DNA of 64,000 bases from Octopus sinensis (taxonomy: Eukaryota). The number at the start of each line of letters is the position of its first letter. The first letter of the stretch is position 1. Shown here piece by piece: positions 1-12,506 of the stretch. Under the pieces are notes generated by a model. The model searched no databases. It saw only the letters and a program-made list of their open reading frames with translations, and was not told where the DNA came from. Position numbers and translations under genes: made by a program. The stretch lies in assembly GCF_006345805.1 (NCBI RefSeq), contig NC_042998.1:97898001-97962000 (forward strand), given 5' to 3'.

Positions 1-1
1 C

Positions 2-295
2 ATTGAAGTAATTAAGCATGTCAGAAAAACACTGCTCTTTAATAAAAGGTGGACCTAGATCAAGCAAACTGACCCAATGAGCTCTTTTGATGTAGCGATG
101 GGAGCCTACGACATATGTGACTTTATAGGGCTGTATATTTTAGACACCTTAAAGAAGATTTTCCCATCAGTTCTCTTTGGTCTCTACAGAGATGATGCCC
201 GAGCCATCTCTAGATGAGCTAACGGGCATACCCTCGATAGGTTTAAGAAGGACATAGTTAGCATTTTGGCTCCATAGGGTTCGAATATCACCAAG
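2..295 (+). pseudogene. Penelope-like element reverse transcriptase fragment
   Basis: Frame 2 reads FDVAMGAYD-ICDFIGLYIL...GLYRDDA...DRFKKDIV, matching PLE RT motifs (MGxYD, YRDD); in-frame stops. Confidence 0.85.
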
Positions 296-467
296 GCCGG
301 AGCCTGCACTACAGACGTTTACAAACCAACAAGCTGTTATGTATTTATTCCTCTAGTTGTAGAGGGGTTATGCGCTTTCAGTCATTTGAGTTGCCTTTAT
401 TGCTAAACACTTTATATGTGCCAAAGCAATGATCACTCACTCACTCACTCACTCACTCACTCACTCA

Positions 468-500
<33 letters not shown>

Positions 501-501
501 C

Positions 502-533
<32 letters not shown>

Positions 534-544
534 CCCACACATAC

Positions 545-810
545 ATACATAAATTTCTCAAAAATAACTGTAACTTTCACATTTTATTTGAAACCGACAC
601 CAAAATAGCCAACTTCCTCGATGTTACACTGAATTTAAATACCGAGCCATACCAGTCATATCATAAGCCGAATCAAGCATTACAGCATATCAACATTCTC
701 TCTAATCATCCTACAAGCACCAAAAAAAAAGTATTGTAACTGGAATTGCAATAAGAATCTCGAATTTATCTGCTAACGAGACAATATTTAACAACCATCA
801 ATCTTCGAAA
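545..810 (+). pseudogene. Penelope-like RT C-terminal/thumb fragment
   Basis: KIANFLDVTLNLNTEPYQSYHKPN...INILSNHP then GIAIRISNLSANETIFN after a frameshift; typical PLE NFLDV/SNHP region. Confidence 0.85.
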
Positions 811-1049
811 GCACAATCTATCGCATCTAAACAAATTGTCGGACGTGGTTTTTTCATGCAAATATAAAATTTACACAACATTTTTACACTTTAATGAACT
901 AAGATACATTTTAAAACAAATTTTCATTCCTTGCCATGAATATTTTATTGGAATATATTTAATTCTCTTTCTTCCCCCACCCATACCTCCTATCTATAAA
1001 AAAACCTAACCTCTAGTACTTGTCATTGTCAAATTGCAAATGTAAAACC

Positions 1050-1140
1050 TGCTATCCTGAAAAAGGAGGAATTGCTAAATAATGGGTTCTATATCCCCTT
1101 ATTTTCACCGGCAATTAACCTCTAGAAACGGGCGTTAGTA
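1050..1140 (+). ncRNA. Degenerate type I hammerhead-like fold with long stem II
   Basis: CTGAAAA 1057-1063, GGAGG/CCTCT and AATTGC/GCAATT stem II arms, GAAAC-GGGC-GTT 1125-1136; core G8 mutated and stem I out of register. Confidence 0.35.
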
Positions 1141-1563
1141 TCCTATTTTAACAATTCTTAACTATCCTGGCTTTTAATTTCTTTCCTCCTTCTATCTTTT
1201 ATTTCACTTTCATCACTACTTCAGACCTTCTTCAATATATTTACGCATACATTTATGATTTTATATATTTATGCTTACATCTAATTTTTTAAAAATCTAT
1301 TATCTTACATATATATTTTTAATATAATTATTTTAAAAAGATGTGTATGTATTTATGTTTTTAATGTATCATGTATATACTTCTTCTTTAAATTCATCTG
1401 AAATTGGAGTCATCTTTATGAATTAAATTACCTGGTCTTATGTTTCTTCATTTTATATATTTTTATCTTTTGTCTCAAGTTCCTCTTGAGCACTTCTGAG
1501 TGCAAGCCTTAACTCTGTGAGAGAATTTCAAATTAATCATATTCTTTCTCAAAACAGTTATAT

Positions 1564-1610
<47 letters not shown>

Positions 1611-3032
1611 AGAGAGAGGAAGAGAGATAAAGGGTAATTAGATCTAATAGAAAAATATCTGTACACACACACATACATACATATACACGTATATATACAT
1701 ATATGTGTGTGCCTGTGTGTGAATGTATACACACACACACACATATATATATAATGTAATTTCATACTATACAATACGTTTATGCACAAATAAATAGCCA
1801 TACTATGGAAACGCACATAACATAATTAAAAGAGCTACACTCTATTCATATTCTTGTATTCACCCACGCACCCACACACACGCGTGCGCGCACACAATTT
1901 TGAAAGTGTATCATGTGTACATTGCTCTTCATTTACAGAATATGTCCCAAAAGTGAGGTCTAGAGGAAAATACACGTGCTTGGTCGTGACATAGTAGCAA
2001 AATGTTAGCAAACCTCTATGTTTGACAGTTTGGTTTGTCAACTAAATGACAAAAACGGAACTTCATTTCGATAATGACGTGTGTTTGTTTTGCTTTTTTT
2101 TGCTGCCCACATTCTTGTTCAAATATTAAGCTAAAATCTCTCTTTCATTCAGTCTATCCCTCTTTCTTTCCTTATACGTGCTTTCACTAATATTGCTGAG
2201 TATAAGATGTATAAACAGTAGCCTATCTATTTGTTTGTGTGTGTATGTATGATCATATTACATTTGCATATGTGTGTGTCTGTGTGTGTGTGTGCGTATG
2301 TATGTACCTGTGTATGTATCTTCTCTATGTTTCACTCAATTTGAACATCATCAATAGACTAAAGGAACTACTCGATATATCCCATATCAAATACTATTGA
2401 TAACTTCGGCTAAATGCAATATTGAGAGGACTTTGATTTTGCATAAGCCAGCAGATATATATTTGATTTATCTGTTGACTTATCTCACTCAGATGAGAGA
2501 ATATATTATAAATAATGTCGTTTAAGCTCTCTAAACTAACATGGCTATCCATTTTCTGCTGTGTTATTTAAACAGATATTTTCATTCTTCCGTTTCTATC
2601 ATCAAATCATCAAAGTTACTTCTAAGCCCTGTAAACTTTTCAGCTTCCCCAAAGGATGTAAAGGTTAATGATGATAGTCTCCTATGTAGTCATCGATTGT
2701 TATATTTAGTTATAAATGTGTATTAGGGAGACGCAACTGAGTTGATAATGCTGACAGAACAGGCAGTAGTTCGCATGTGTTGTACTGTATCAGTAGCTAA
2801 AGTAATTAACTTTTAACCGCCCACTAGTTCATCTAGCTGCAAACAGGTACCATTGCAACACACAGTCCACAGCTCTAAACAATGGAAGCATTGCATACCT
2901 GAGAAGTATTTCTTTAAATTGCAGTACTGACTTCATATGCCGCTTAAAGAAGACTGGACGCTGCCAGACTAACTTTATAAAACAGAATGTATAAAGTATG
3001 CGTGGAGTCTTTTATAAAGCCAATAAGATGTG

Positions 3033-3940
3033 GGACTCACTCGCCCCATTTCTTTTCATCGTTGTTGTTGATTATGTGCTACGTATGTCAGTTGATACCA
3101 TCCCTGGCAAGGGCTTTGAAATAAAACCAAGAAGAAGTTCCAGACACCCAGCTGAGTACTTGACAGACACTGACTTTGCTGACGACATCGCTCTTATCAG
3201 TGATTCTCTCTCCAATGCCCAGTCTCTTTTACAATCTCTTGAACAAGCCTCAAATTGTGTAGGTCTTTACCTCAATGAGACCAAAACTGAATACATAAAC
3301 AAGTGCCTGTCCAACAGTGATTGCATCATCCACACTCTCAACAGTGCACCTTTAAATATGGTTTCTGATTATAAATATCTTGGGTCATACATATCATCAT
3401 CTGGAAAAGACTTTCTAACTAGAAAGGGTATGGCCTGGTCAGCCTGTAATGACATGCATAAGATCTGGTCATCAAATCTAAGTAGAGACTTCAAACTTGA
3501 AATATTCAAAGCCACAGTCGAACCAATCCTACTATATGGCTCAGAAACCTGGACGTTATCAAAGAAGCTTGAGAGGCGGTTGGATGGAACCTACACTCGC
3601 CTCCTTATGAGAGCTCAAAATCTCTCGTGGAGGCGCCATCCAACTAAAATGCAAATATATGGGAAATTACCACCTGTGTCATCTCTTGTGAAAGGTAGGA
3701 GAGTCCAGTTTGCTGGACATTGTTGTAGAGCTGAAAAAGAAGTAATTTCTACTCTTCTCCTCTGGAAGCCATCTACTCGCAACACCAGAGGGCGCACACT
3801 CTCCTACCCTGATGTAATCTCCAGGGATACAGGCATCCAGCAACAGGACCTCCGTAATGCTATGATGGACCGTGAAGTCTGGCGCAACATGGTAAATTCC
3901 ATTGTCTCGACCACGGTCGAACAATGATGATGATGATGAT
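3033..3940 (+). mobile_element. 5'-truncated RTE-clade LINE (RT domain 3' half to C-terminus)
   Basis: Uninterrupted frame DSLAPFLFIVVVDYVLR...DFADDIAL...YKYLGS...LLYGSETW...FAGHC; stop 3925-3927; (TGA)n tail; GATGTG at both junctions (3027-3032, 3938-3943). Confidence 0.95.
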
Positions 3941-4439
3941 GTGATACAACAAAGTTTTGGACAGAGACACAGTACCTGTTATGGATACATGTGAAATAGA
4001 ACGGTCAAACTTAGAATTTAAAACTGTGCTGCAAACCTAAGTTGCCTGAAACATTGTACAGCTACATTTTATTATTACTTAATACCTGTAGGAGAGGCAG
4101 CGAGTAGCCATTCTAGGTTCTTCTACACTGGCGAGCACTTGTAGCAACTTTAGGAGGTACAAAAGAAGGTATGGTCTGGTGAACACAGCCGTGTCTCATG
4201 GAGAAAAGAAGTCCTTTAATCTTGGTTGACGACCTTCAATTAAAGGGTGTCTCGATAAAAATATTGGTAGTCGCGCAACCTTAAGTTCACTAAGATATTG
4301 TTATAAGGATGCAAAAGTTTAATGGAATTGATACAAATAACAACGCGAATAGAAATGGAACTCTGAATGCAGTTCTTCACATGCTCAGGCTAATGTGGAA
4401 CATTAGGCACCACTCGACCATAATCTGATTAATGAACGC

Positions 4440-5400
4440 ACGAAAAGGAATTTATTGTTATGGAATGCTCTCGTTAAAGTAACTCAGTAAATAAAATAGA
4501 ATTAAAATATACAGACAGTGACATTATCGAGAGTGGAGAGAAAGAACTTATTTGATGCACTGGAAAAAAGTATTTGTGACTAAGCTATGGCAATTAGAAA
4601 AAAAATGGATAAATGATAACTTGAACAAACTAGGGTAAAGGTTGGAAAGGCAGGTTTTTGAAAAGATTAATGATGAAACAGAGAATGGTGCTGCAGGGGA
4701 GCTGGAATTATCAGAGGAGAGTAATCAACTAACGAACAATGACAGTGAATTAAGTGAAGAAAATGAAATGATAGCGACAGAAAAAGTTAAAGATATAAAA
4801 AAACAGTGACTTTGTTGAATAGATATCTTTTAAAAATATTGAACGATGTAGATTGAACGAAATTGCAACGAAGTTTAATAGTCATAAATATTATCACCAG
4901 CAATATAACAGAAAGAATTTGTTAAGGGCTGCTTAATGAGATAATCCTAAAGTATATGGGAAAGAACAATAATATGAATGAACGACGATAAAAAAATTGA
5001 TACTTGAAAATATAGAGTAACTGAGAAGGAATATTAATGATTTGGAAAATGAAGAGTCTCGAAATCTATAAGGGAGTATAGTGAATTTGGATAGGAAGTA
5101 CAACATAAAAATATAAAGAAAAAGATCTAATAATGATTATAGAACAACTAGCTGAAGGTGACCCGATCTACGCGCGGGTGAGTGTGTGGTTGTTACTTTC
5201 TGTTGCTTCCTTTCTGTTTCTTATCGCCACTTTCTCCCTCTTTGTTTCTCTCTCCTTTCTCACTCTTCCTTTCTCTCGGACTCTCCCTCGCTTTCTCTTA
5301 CTCTCTATCTTTCTCTATCTACCTCTCACCCATTTATAAACAACAAAAGATCTTGAGCAAGTTGAGAAAGAAAATATTTTGAATGATCAATCATAAATAT
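4440..5400 (+). pseudogene. R4/Dong-type RLE LINE N-terminal region, heavily decayed
   Basis: Frameshifted EWRER/NLFDALEKSICD*AMAIRK/WI, NITE-NLLRAA, LDRKYNIK, IIEQL/KQ resemble the N-terminus of R4-clade ORFs; interrupted at 5148-5336. Confidence 0.6.
5148..5336 (-). mobile_element. Short non-autonomous Helitron
   Basis: Minus-strand 3' end: ACCCG/CGGGT hairpin (5161-5179) then CTAG (5148-5151); A|T insertion site; splits the R4-type ORF. Confidence 0.65.
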
Positions 5401-5419
5401 CAGGCAGTGACAACGGAAA

Positions 5420-5785
5420 GGTCTGTTTCAAGGCGGACAGCAAAACACTAACATTTAAAAAGGATTGACGAACTTGCGTGCTGAATAAAAATTTTAAAAT
5501 ATTGGAAACCAAAGTTTGAAGGGATAGAATCTGAGGATAGTAGACTCGCTATGGCTGGCATTTCTTAACGACGGACAGCAACGTACTGGCAGTTTTACGG
5601 CTGGCTGAACTTGATATAAAAGAAAATTCCATAACACCAAGTTTTGAAGTGATTCTTTCTCACAACAGTAGACTCACCATGGCAGGCATTCAAAACTTCT
5701 GCATGACGAACGGCAACACATTGACGATTTGAAGGCTGGCGCAAATTTTTTAGCTTGATGTAACAGAGAATTCCTAAACACCCGG
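5420..5785. repeat. Diverged ~125-130 bp tandem repeat, about 3 copies
   Basis: Recurring AGTAGACTC..ATGGC.GGCATT, CGGACAGCAA, CTTGAT.TAA..GA.AATTCC and CCAAGTTTTGAAG blocks. Confidence 0.6.
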
Positions 5786-6012
5786 TCCTGTAAATTTTAA
5801 TCCCATTCCAGCCCCATTCAGACCACTTTTCACATTTTGGTTAATATAACCCGATTTCATTCGGGTCTACTCGGGCCACATTTTAAAAGATGGGGTATTT
5901 TGTCCTTAGAGGTCACGCCTTTCAATTGAAGAAAAACTAGTTGCCATGCAAACTCGCCAGCACTTTTGACATAGGTGTGCATATTTTCAGCTCAACCGAC
6001 CACATAATGCAC

Positions 6013-6063
<51 letters not shown>

Positions 6064-6140
6064 TTAAATATATATATGCACATATATACGCATTATATAT
6101 GTGTGTGTACGCATTATATATACAAATGTATGCAAATTAT

Positions 6141-6171
<31 letters not shown>

Positions 6172-6188
6172 AATAACCCAATAAATAA

Positions 6189-6700
6189 TTTATTCATAAT
6201 ATTTGTTCTCATGATTGTGTGGTGGTGGTGGTGGCGATAATAATTCTCTCTATGAATGCAGACAGACAGAGAGAGAGAGAGAGAGAGAGAGGTGAGAAAG
6301 AGTGACAGAGCTGGCGAAGGTAGCGGGAGAAAGAGAGTGGAAGCTGTCAAACGTCGTTATAGATCGAAAGAGGAGGGAAGGGAGGAAAGAGAGAGAAACG
6401 GAAGAAGAGAGGCAGGTATGCGCAAGGGAGAAACGACAATTCATAATATTTGTTCTCATGATTGTGTGGTAGTGGTGGTGGCGATAATAATTCTCTCTAT
6501 GAATGCAGACAGACGTAGGGAGAGAGAGAGAGAGAGAGAGAGAGAGGGTGTGGGAGAAAGAGTGACAGCGCTGGCGAAGGCGGCGGGGGAAAGATACTAG
6601 AAGCTGTCAGACGTCGTTATAGAGAGAAAGTGAAGGGAAGGGAGGAAAGAGAGAGAGACGGAGGAAGACAGGCAGATAAGAGAAAGAGAGAAACGACAAA
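6189..6700. repeat. Tandem duplication of a ~250-bp unit containing (GTG)n and (AG)n
   Basis: ATTCATAATATTTGTTCTCATGATTGTGTGG near 6193 and 6440; downstream blocks also duplicated. Confidence 0.9.
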
Positions 6701-7356
6701 CACTTGTCAAAGTCTGTTTTTTTTTTGCCTAGTAGCCACAGCCTTTGAGATAGGGATTTTTAACCTAGCCCAATCACATCCTCACCTCTTTTTACATGTC
6801 CCTGTAAATTTTGGAGCGAATCCGATAGGATCAAGTGCCCTTTAACCCGTTTCAATGCCAAAACCAGACAAACAAACAAACTTTTCGCATTTCATATTTA
6901 TAGATATTGATTAAAACAAAGCAAAAAGGATTTCGTTAACAGCAAAGGTTGTATGGTATGAACAACGAAGAAATCAATATAGACAAAATTTATTCATAAT
7001 GGACTTGAAAATAATTTTACCCAGAGTTAAATGGGAGAATCAGTCATGAAGGGGGATTTCAGATGCAGAAAGAAGTAAAAGATTTTAGAATGATACTCGA
7101 GGAAAGGAAAAAAAAGTGAAAAACGAATGGCTAGAAAAATTAAAACTGATAAAAGCGTGTTATCGTCTAAAATGATATACAAGTTGATAAAATACTGGCT
7201 TGTAAACAATGCCGTATAGTACCTAAATGGAAAGTATTAAAGCCGACGGATTTTAAGCTTTATGATTAAAGAAATTACACTCTTTGTCTTAGAGGTCAAC
7301 TGCTCTTGAACAATAAAGAACCGTTGCCTCCGTAGTTGCTATATGGAAAAACATTC

Positions 7357-7357
<1 letters not shown>

Positions 7358-7409
<52 letters not shown>
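7358..7409. repeat. (AAT)n microsatellite at the 3' end of the Tx1-type LINE
   Basis: Direct sequence. Confidence 0.95.
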
Positions 7410-7635
7410 CCTTTCTATTATTGGTCACAAGGGCCGAACACAAAACAAATAGGGACAAGTGGGGTGTTGAACAATGCCATGTATACAATAAGTAATAAAA
7501 ACAATTAAACAATACAAATTCCTCAAGAGTGGGGAGTTCCTCACAGGGACAGCCAGGGAACCTCACACATTCTTGTTATCCCGATCACCAGATGCACCTC
7601 AGCAGGCGCCTCTCCCCTTCTCAAATTTCTCCGGT

Positions 7636-9109
7636 TTACAAACGGCCTATCCTTGCCACATTCGCCCACCACTCAACAAATTTGCTAGATGCCAGAACTT
7701 CCCTCTCTACTCTCACTTTCCTTTTCAGGTGAAACTTGAAAAGTCGATGACGTCCTGGCCGACGAAGAAAGTATCTGTCTGCAGTCCTTTCAATTTCGTT
7801 CGCCACACTACCTCTTTCGCCATAGCCATCAGACAGAGGAAAACTGCCTTTCCTTCCCGGCCAAAGGAAGGTGGCGGGGCAATCTTCATGAAGGACTCGG
7901 CTGGTAACCGAATCCGTCCTACACGCGACAACAGCTGTTCGACAAAACTCCACAAGTCTGTAATGCACGGACACTGCACGAGTGCATGCAGGACGGTTTC
8001 GTCGCCCTGCGCACACCTTGGACAGATCCGTGTGACAGCATTTTGGTGTCAGTAAATTTTGTTTCGAACCGGCAGAGCTCCCCGGTAGCACTGCAAAGCC
8101 AGGGATTTCTGGAAGTTATCCATAGGCCCCGGCTCGAAAGTCCTCTGGAAAATACCAGTTAGTTGATCCCTGTCGACGCCCAGAGTTTCTCCGAGTACGT
8201 CGTCGCTCTTTCCCTCCACTAACCCCCTATAGAACTCCATTGTGGAACTTCCATCGATCGCGTTGCCCGTCTGGTAGAAAGCTGTGAGATACTCCAGGTG
8301 CCAAGCGCCCTTTCTTTTTTACGCTTGATCCAGGCTATTTCCTTACTAAATCCTACTGCCTCTACTTTAATAGCCCTTTTCAGGGCTATGAATTAACGGT
8401 TGTTGATGATTGCGCCCGCCAACTTCTGAGGGATTAGCTTGATAACCCAGTTTTTGAATGCTTGACGCGCTGGGAAAGACGCGTTCAGCTTCCAGTACCC
8501 GGGGCCCTGCCTATGGATTTTATGTAGGTCAACTGTGCAGATCACAAATTTGTGGTCTGTGTAGCCGACGACATTGGAAACAAATTAGCCAATTGGAAAC
8601 AAATTAGCGGGTTTGTGAGGCTTCTACGCCCCCTCTTCTATCGGCTAGCCCCACCCTATCCAGGCGGGCATGAAAAATGGCATTACAATAGCCCACTAGA
8701 ACCAAAGAGCGAGAAGTCTCAAGGAAAACCGCCAAACGTTTGAAGAAATTTGGCTGCCTCGCCCCAGTTGGGGCGTACACAGTGACTAGTCTGAAAGCAC
8801 CACCTTCACTGTTGTTCACATTCAGGACCACAAAATTACCTTCCGGATCCAGGAAGATCGTCCGTATCTCGAGATCCAGGTTTTTCCTAAACGGCACTGC
8901 CACTCCACACCTCATTCCAGGCCGACTAAGAGATGTGTAGATCTCAAAATCGTCAAAAATAGGGGTTAGATCACGTGTATCGGAAATCCTGGTTTCACTG
9001 ACGGTTGTCATTCCATAGATAGTGACTTGAGGTTGTTGAGTTGGCGACCCTGCTTCCAGGGCAACCCCAGGTCACGAACATTTATACTACTTACTCTTAA
9101 ACAGCCCAT
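7636..9109 (-). pseudogene. LINE ORF2 remnant: APE endonuclease fused to C-terminal domain
   Basis: MGCLRVSSINVRDL, SET, GVAV, DPEGNFV, VYAP, VLVG, GYWKLN; then FYRGL, RGALPVR, C..ETVLHALVQC, AKEVVWRT. Confidence 0.85.
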
Positions 9110-9429
9110 GATGACCAGACGGAACTTAGAGAAGATACAAAGGGGCGTCTACTTACTACTCGGGTGTCGCTGTAGGTCCATGAGTTGGGTTTCCTCTGGA
9201 AACCCCTTTAAAAGCCTACTCGTGGCCTTTACATTAGGGGTTCCCACGTGTTGCGTGAAGCTCTCCCTAATGAGTTTATATACCTCTATAGGCATTCACA
9301 CCAACATCATTGTTTCTGGCACTTGAAAGACTCTGGTGCCAATGATCACACCTTCTCTCTCGACAGCCTTCCTTCATGATAAGAAATCCATCAATTATTT
9401 ATTTGCCCTCTTCAATAACTCGAGGTTTG

Positions 9430-10656
9430 GTGTTTGTGTGGCTGGTTGTTGCTGTTGTTAGTGTTTTCTTTTGGTCGGTTGTTGCAGTTAGGGTAGTGTT
9501 GGTGGAGCAGTTTGTGAGTGCGGTGCTGGAGAAGTTGGTGATGCTGAAGATGTGTATGTGACAGTTGTAGGTGCATTTTAATGTTTTTTGGTGTGTTGAT
9601 GCGGGACTTGATGTTTTTTGTGATTCCTTTCCTTTTTCTTTTGGTTTTTGGGGTTCCCCTCATTTTCGCTGCATGTTGCAAAATGAATCTGAGTCTGTGG
9701 AATCAGGGTATGGGTCGATGGGGTTTGAAGTAGACGGAGAAAGGGAGGCAGTGGGAGACATTCGTTGAGGGATCCCATGGGTGCTGTGGCTGATGTTGAT
9801 GATGCTTCTGGGTTGCTGTTGTTTCTGGAGTTGCTGTTGATGCTGGTGTTGGTGATTCTCCTTCGTTTATTGGTTTTGCTGTTCTTGTTGATGATGATGT
9901 CATTGTTGTTGGAGTTGGTGCTGGTTTTGTTACTGGTCGTTGTTGGTTTGGTTGTTGTTGTTGAGGCTTTTGAGGACCTGGTATTGGCAGTAAGAGACTT
10001 CCATGGTTCCCTGTCTTCTGTTGGGGGCAGAAGGCTCTCAAATATCCTGTCGCTCCACACAGGTTGTACCGTAGCCTTCTACCCCCAACTGTGACATGTA
10101 ATTCTTACCCTCCTGGAAGGTCTGGGATCTTGTGGATAGCTTCTGATTGAATGTGGAGGAGTACCTCCACACTGGTCCCAAACCAATTTTTGCGTCGTGT
10201 CCTCTTCACCTCCAGGAGGCTATTACTCCTTTCCAAAACGATCGCTGCTAGAATCCACCACAGGTTTACCTCTGGTGGTAGCCCAGCGATCTTTATACAC
10301 ACCATCCTCCTTCCTAAATAGGATGGATGGAGCTCATATTTTTCACTCCGACAGGGAACCACGGAGTGTTTGGCAGCCAGAGCTTCAGATTTAAAGAGCA
10401 CTGAAGTGATCGCAAACTGGTTTACCCTCGATGTATGCAGAATGTCGGGCATTATTTCTTTCAGTGCCCTTTCCACGTCCTCCTGACTCGCTATCTCTGG
10501 CAGCTTCTTGTTTACGAAAACACATCTGTACAATACAGTTTTCTTTTTTGTTTCTGTCAGTACCACGTGGGGGATGGCAATACTGGCTAGCGCCTTTTAC
10601 AGTCTTATCAATTTAGCTGCCTCAGCTAGACACATGTCTTTCTGAAACAAATCCAT
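9430..10656 (-). pseudogene. LINE ORF1 (RRM-like region, degenerate CCHC knuckle, low-complexity Q/T/N/P tail)
   Basis: IKIAGLPPEV motif; GRRLRYNLCGATGYLRAFCPQ is a decayed CX2CX4HX4C; frameshifts. Confidence 0.75.
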
Positions 10657-11263
10657 ACTAAAAAATTCCTTGCTTCTCGCTGCTGTTGCTGCGAATGTAG
10701 TCTGGTTGATAATGTCATTTATTACGATGTTATTCGTTGTAGTGGTGGCGGTGGTGGAGTTGGTCGTGGTCGTCTGTTCTTTTGATAATGCTGTTATGCA
10801 CTGTCTTTTGAGTTGGAGTATTCCAGTGAATTGGAGGGAATTCAGATTCGTAGTTTGTAATGTTACTAAAGTTATTGGTATTATTATTTTTTGATGTGTT
10901 TGCAATTTCGTGTGCGAGAAATAAAACCTATTGTGTGGTCGCTCCCCTTCTGTTTGTGAGTAGCATGCGGAGAACACTAGGGCGTCTTGTACCCCTCTAT
11001 CTGAAACACCACTCACCTCCTCTTCTATGTTCTTCGGCAAGGCTGGTTTCGCCGTGTTTGTTTTCTTTTTAAATTAATTTTGAAATTATTTTGAGATTAC
11101 AGGCCCCAAAGGGGGGCATTAACAACACAAAGCGACCGACCTCTGCAAAGGTGGTACTTTAGAAAAAAACGTATAGTAACAAAGTAAGCAATTAACAACT
11201 TTTGGAAACAAAATTTTGGAGCAAAATCTTACGAGTGGACAAACACGTGCAACCTGTCTGGGC

Positions 11264-11264
<1 letters not shown>

Positions 11265-11307
<43 letters not shown>

Positions 11308-11321
11308 TAATAATAACAATA

Positions 11322-11352
<31 letters not shown>
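11265..11352. repeat. (AAT)n microsatellite between the Tx1-type and R4-type elements
   Basis: Direct sequence. Confidence 0.95.
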
Positions 11353-11353
<1 letters not shown>

Positions 11354-11790
11354 CAGGAACACAGATCCAGATAAAAGATGGATGTAGTTACAAAAAAATA
11401 ACCTGATACAGAGGTCTTGGTATGTGTAGTACAGGAACAAGCGTCGAGAACAAACTACATGAAGCACAGAATTGACCATTCCTCAGAAACTGACAAATGT
11501 AGAATGTGTGGTGAGAGTGGAAATATAGTCCGGCACATTATAAAGCGGATGCTGCAAATTGACTCAGAGAGAATAAAAGTGAAGACTTGACAGTGTCACC
11601 AGAATGGCTCACTGGAATTTATGTAACAAGTCTGGATTGGAAAAGGTGAGAAAATTGTATGAGCATAAACCTAAGGCATGGTAGATATGACAGAGTAAAT
11701 TTACTTGATCTAATGTGATCATAGAATCGAACATCGGAAACCCGATATTGTGCGCGTACACAAAGGAGAAAAATCGTGCCTGTCGAAAAA
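11353..11790 (+). pseudogene. R4/Dong-type LINE fragment (zinc knuckle and start of RLE)
   Basis: VQEQASRTNYMKHRID...KCRMCGESGNIVRHI/SGCCKLTQRE...HWNLCNKSG...EHRKPDIV. Confidence 0.85.
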
Positions 11791-12054
11791 GGAGAAAAAC
11801 TAACGCTATACGAAGCACTGAAGTGAGATATTAAAAAGCTATGATGAATGAAAAATGTATTTACTGTGCTAATATATATAAGGTAAAAATGAGCAAAGAA
11901 ATTAAAAAGTGAGTGGGCACGATATGCATAAAATGAACATAGAAACATCAAAAAAACATTAAACATTTCTTGACCGTGCAATGAGTCTCCGCAAAGTCCT
12001 TGATGCTTAAAAAGAACATACACCTCAGTTCACGGGAAGTGAACAGTTTGTACA

Positions 12055-12330
12055 TTAACCATTTAAGTGCGAACCTGCGGAAGGATCATTAGCGCCGTGT
12101 TCTCTCCTCGAAAGAGAGAGAAAAATTAAATTGCGTGGTTATTCTAGAAATGATACTAAATTGCTACTCAAAAAGAAACGAAAATAGAATAGAAATGGTA
12201 TTTTCTGTAAGTCATGTTAACTTAATAACTTTGACATACCTCAACAGAATGAAGTTTCAAACTTGATAATCTTCGACAACAGATAGATCAGGATATAAAA
12301 CTGCTTTCTGCAGAAAATATAAAGGGTTAA
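12055..12330. mobile_element. Possible piggyBac-like MITE
   Basis: TTAA-CCATTTA ... TAAAGGG-TTAA; short imperfect TIRs with TTAA flanks. Confidence 0.35.
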
Positions 12331-12506
12331 TGACATCTCCAAATTGAATATACGATAGCAACACCAGCAGCAACAACAACAACAACAAAAGGTAAGCACT
12401 AATTGACAAAAGTAATTAAGATAATAATTTATTACGAAGAATTACAATTCTCTACATAATTCCTGGTTACGATTTATCTGTTTAGAGAAAACAGGGGAAA
12501 TGAGAA

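Larger units (their letters stand above)
7410..11264 (-). mobile_element. Tx1/L1-type LINE with both termini, lacking the RT domain
   Basis: 5' UTR, ORF1, APE endonuclease, C-terminal zinc-knuckle domain and 3' UTR in order; (AAT)n on both flanks; no RT motifs between EN/linker and C-terminus. Confidence 0.85.

Noticed and set aside
1432-1514. Minus-strand segment with AG/GT boundaries reading LRLALRSAQEELETKDKNI
   Set aside because: In-frame stops before the donor and no supporting neighbouring exon
2585-2682. Possible minus-strand terminal exon RLSSLTFTSFGEAEKFTGLRSNFDDLMIETEE*
   Set aside because: Short, with no recognisable homology or linked exons
9765-10094. Very hydrophobic 109-aa ORF resembling a membrane protein
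   Set aside because: Antisense of the low-complexity tail of LINE ORF1
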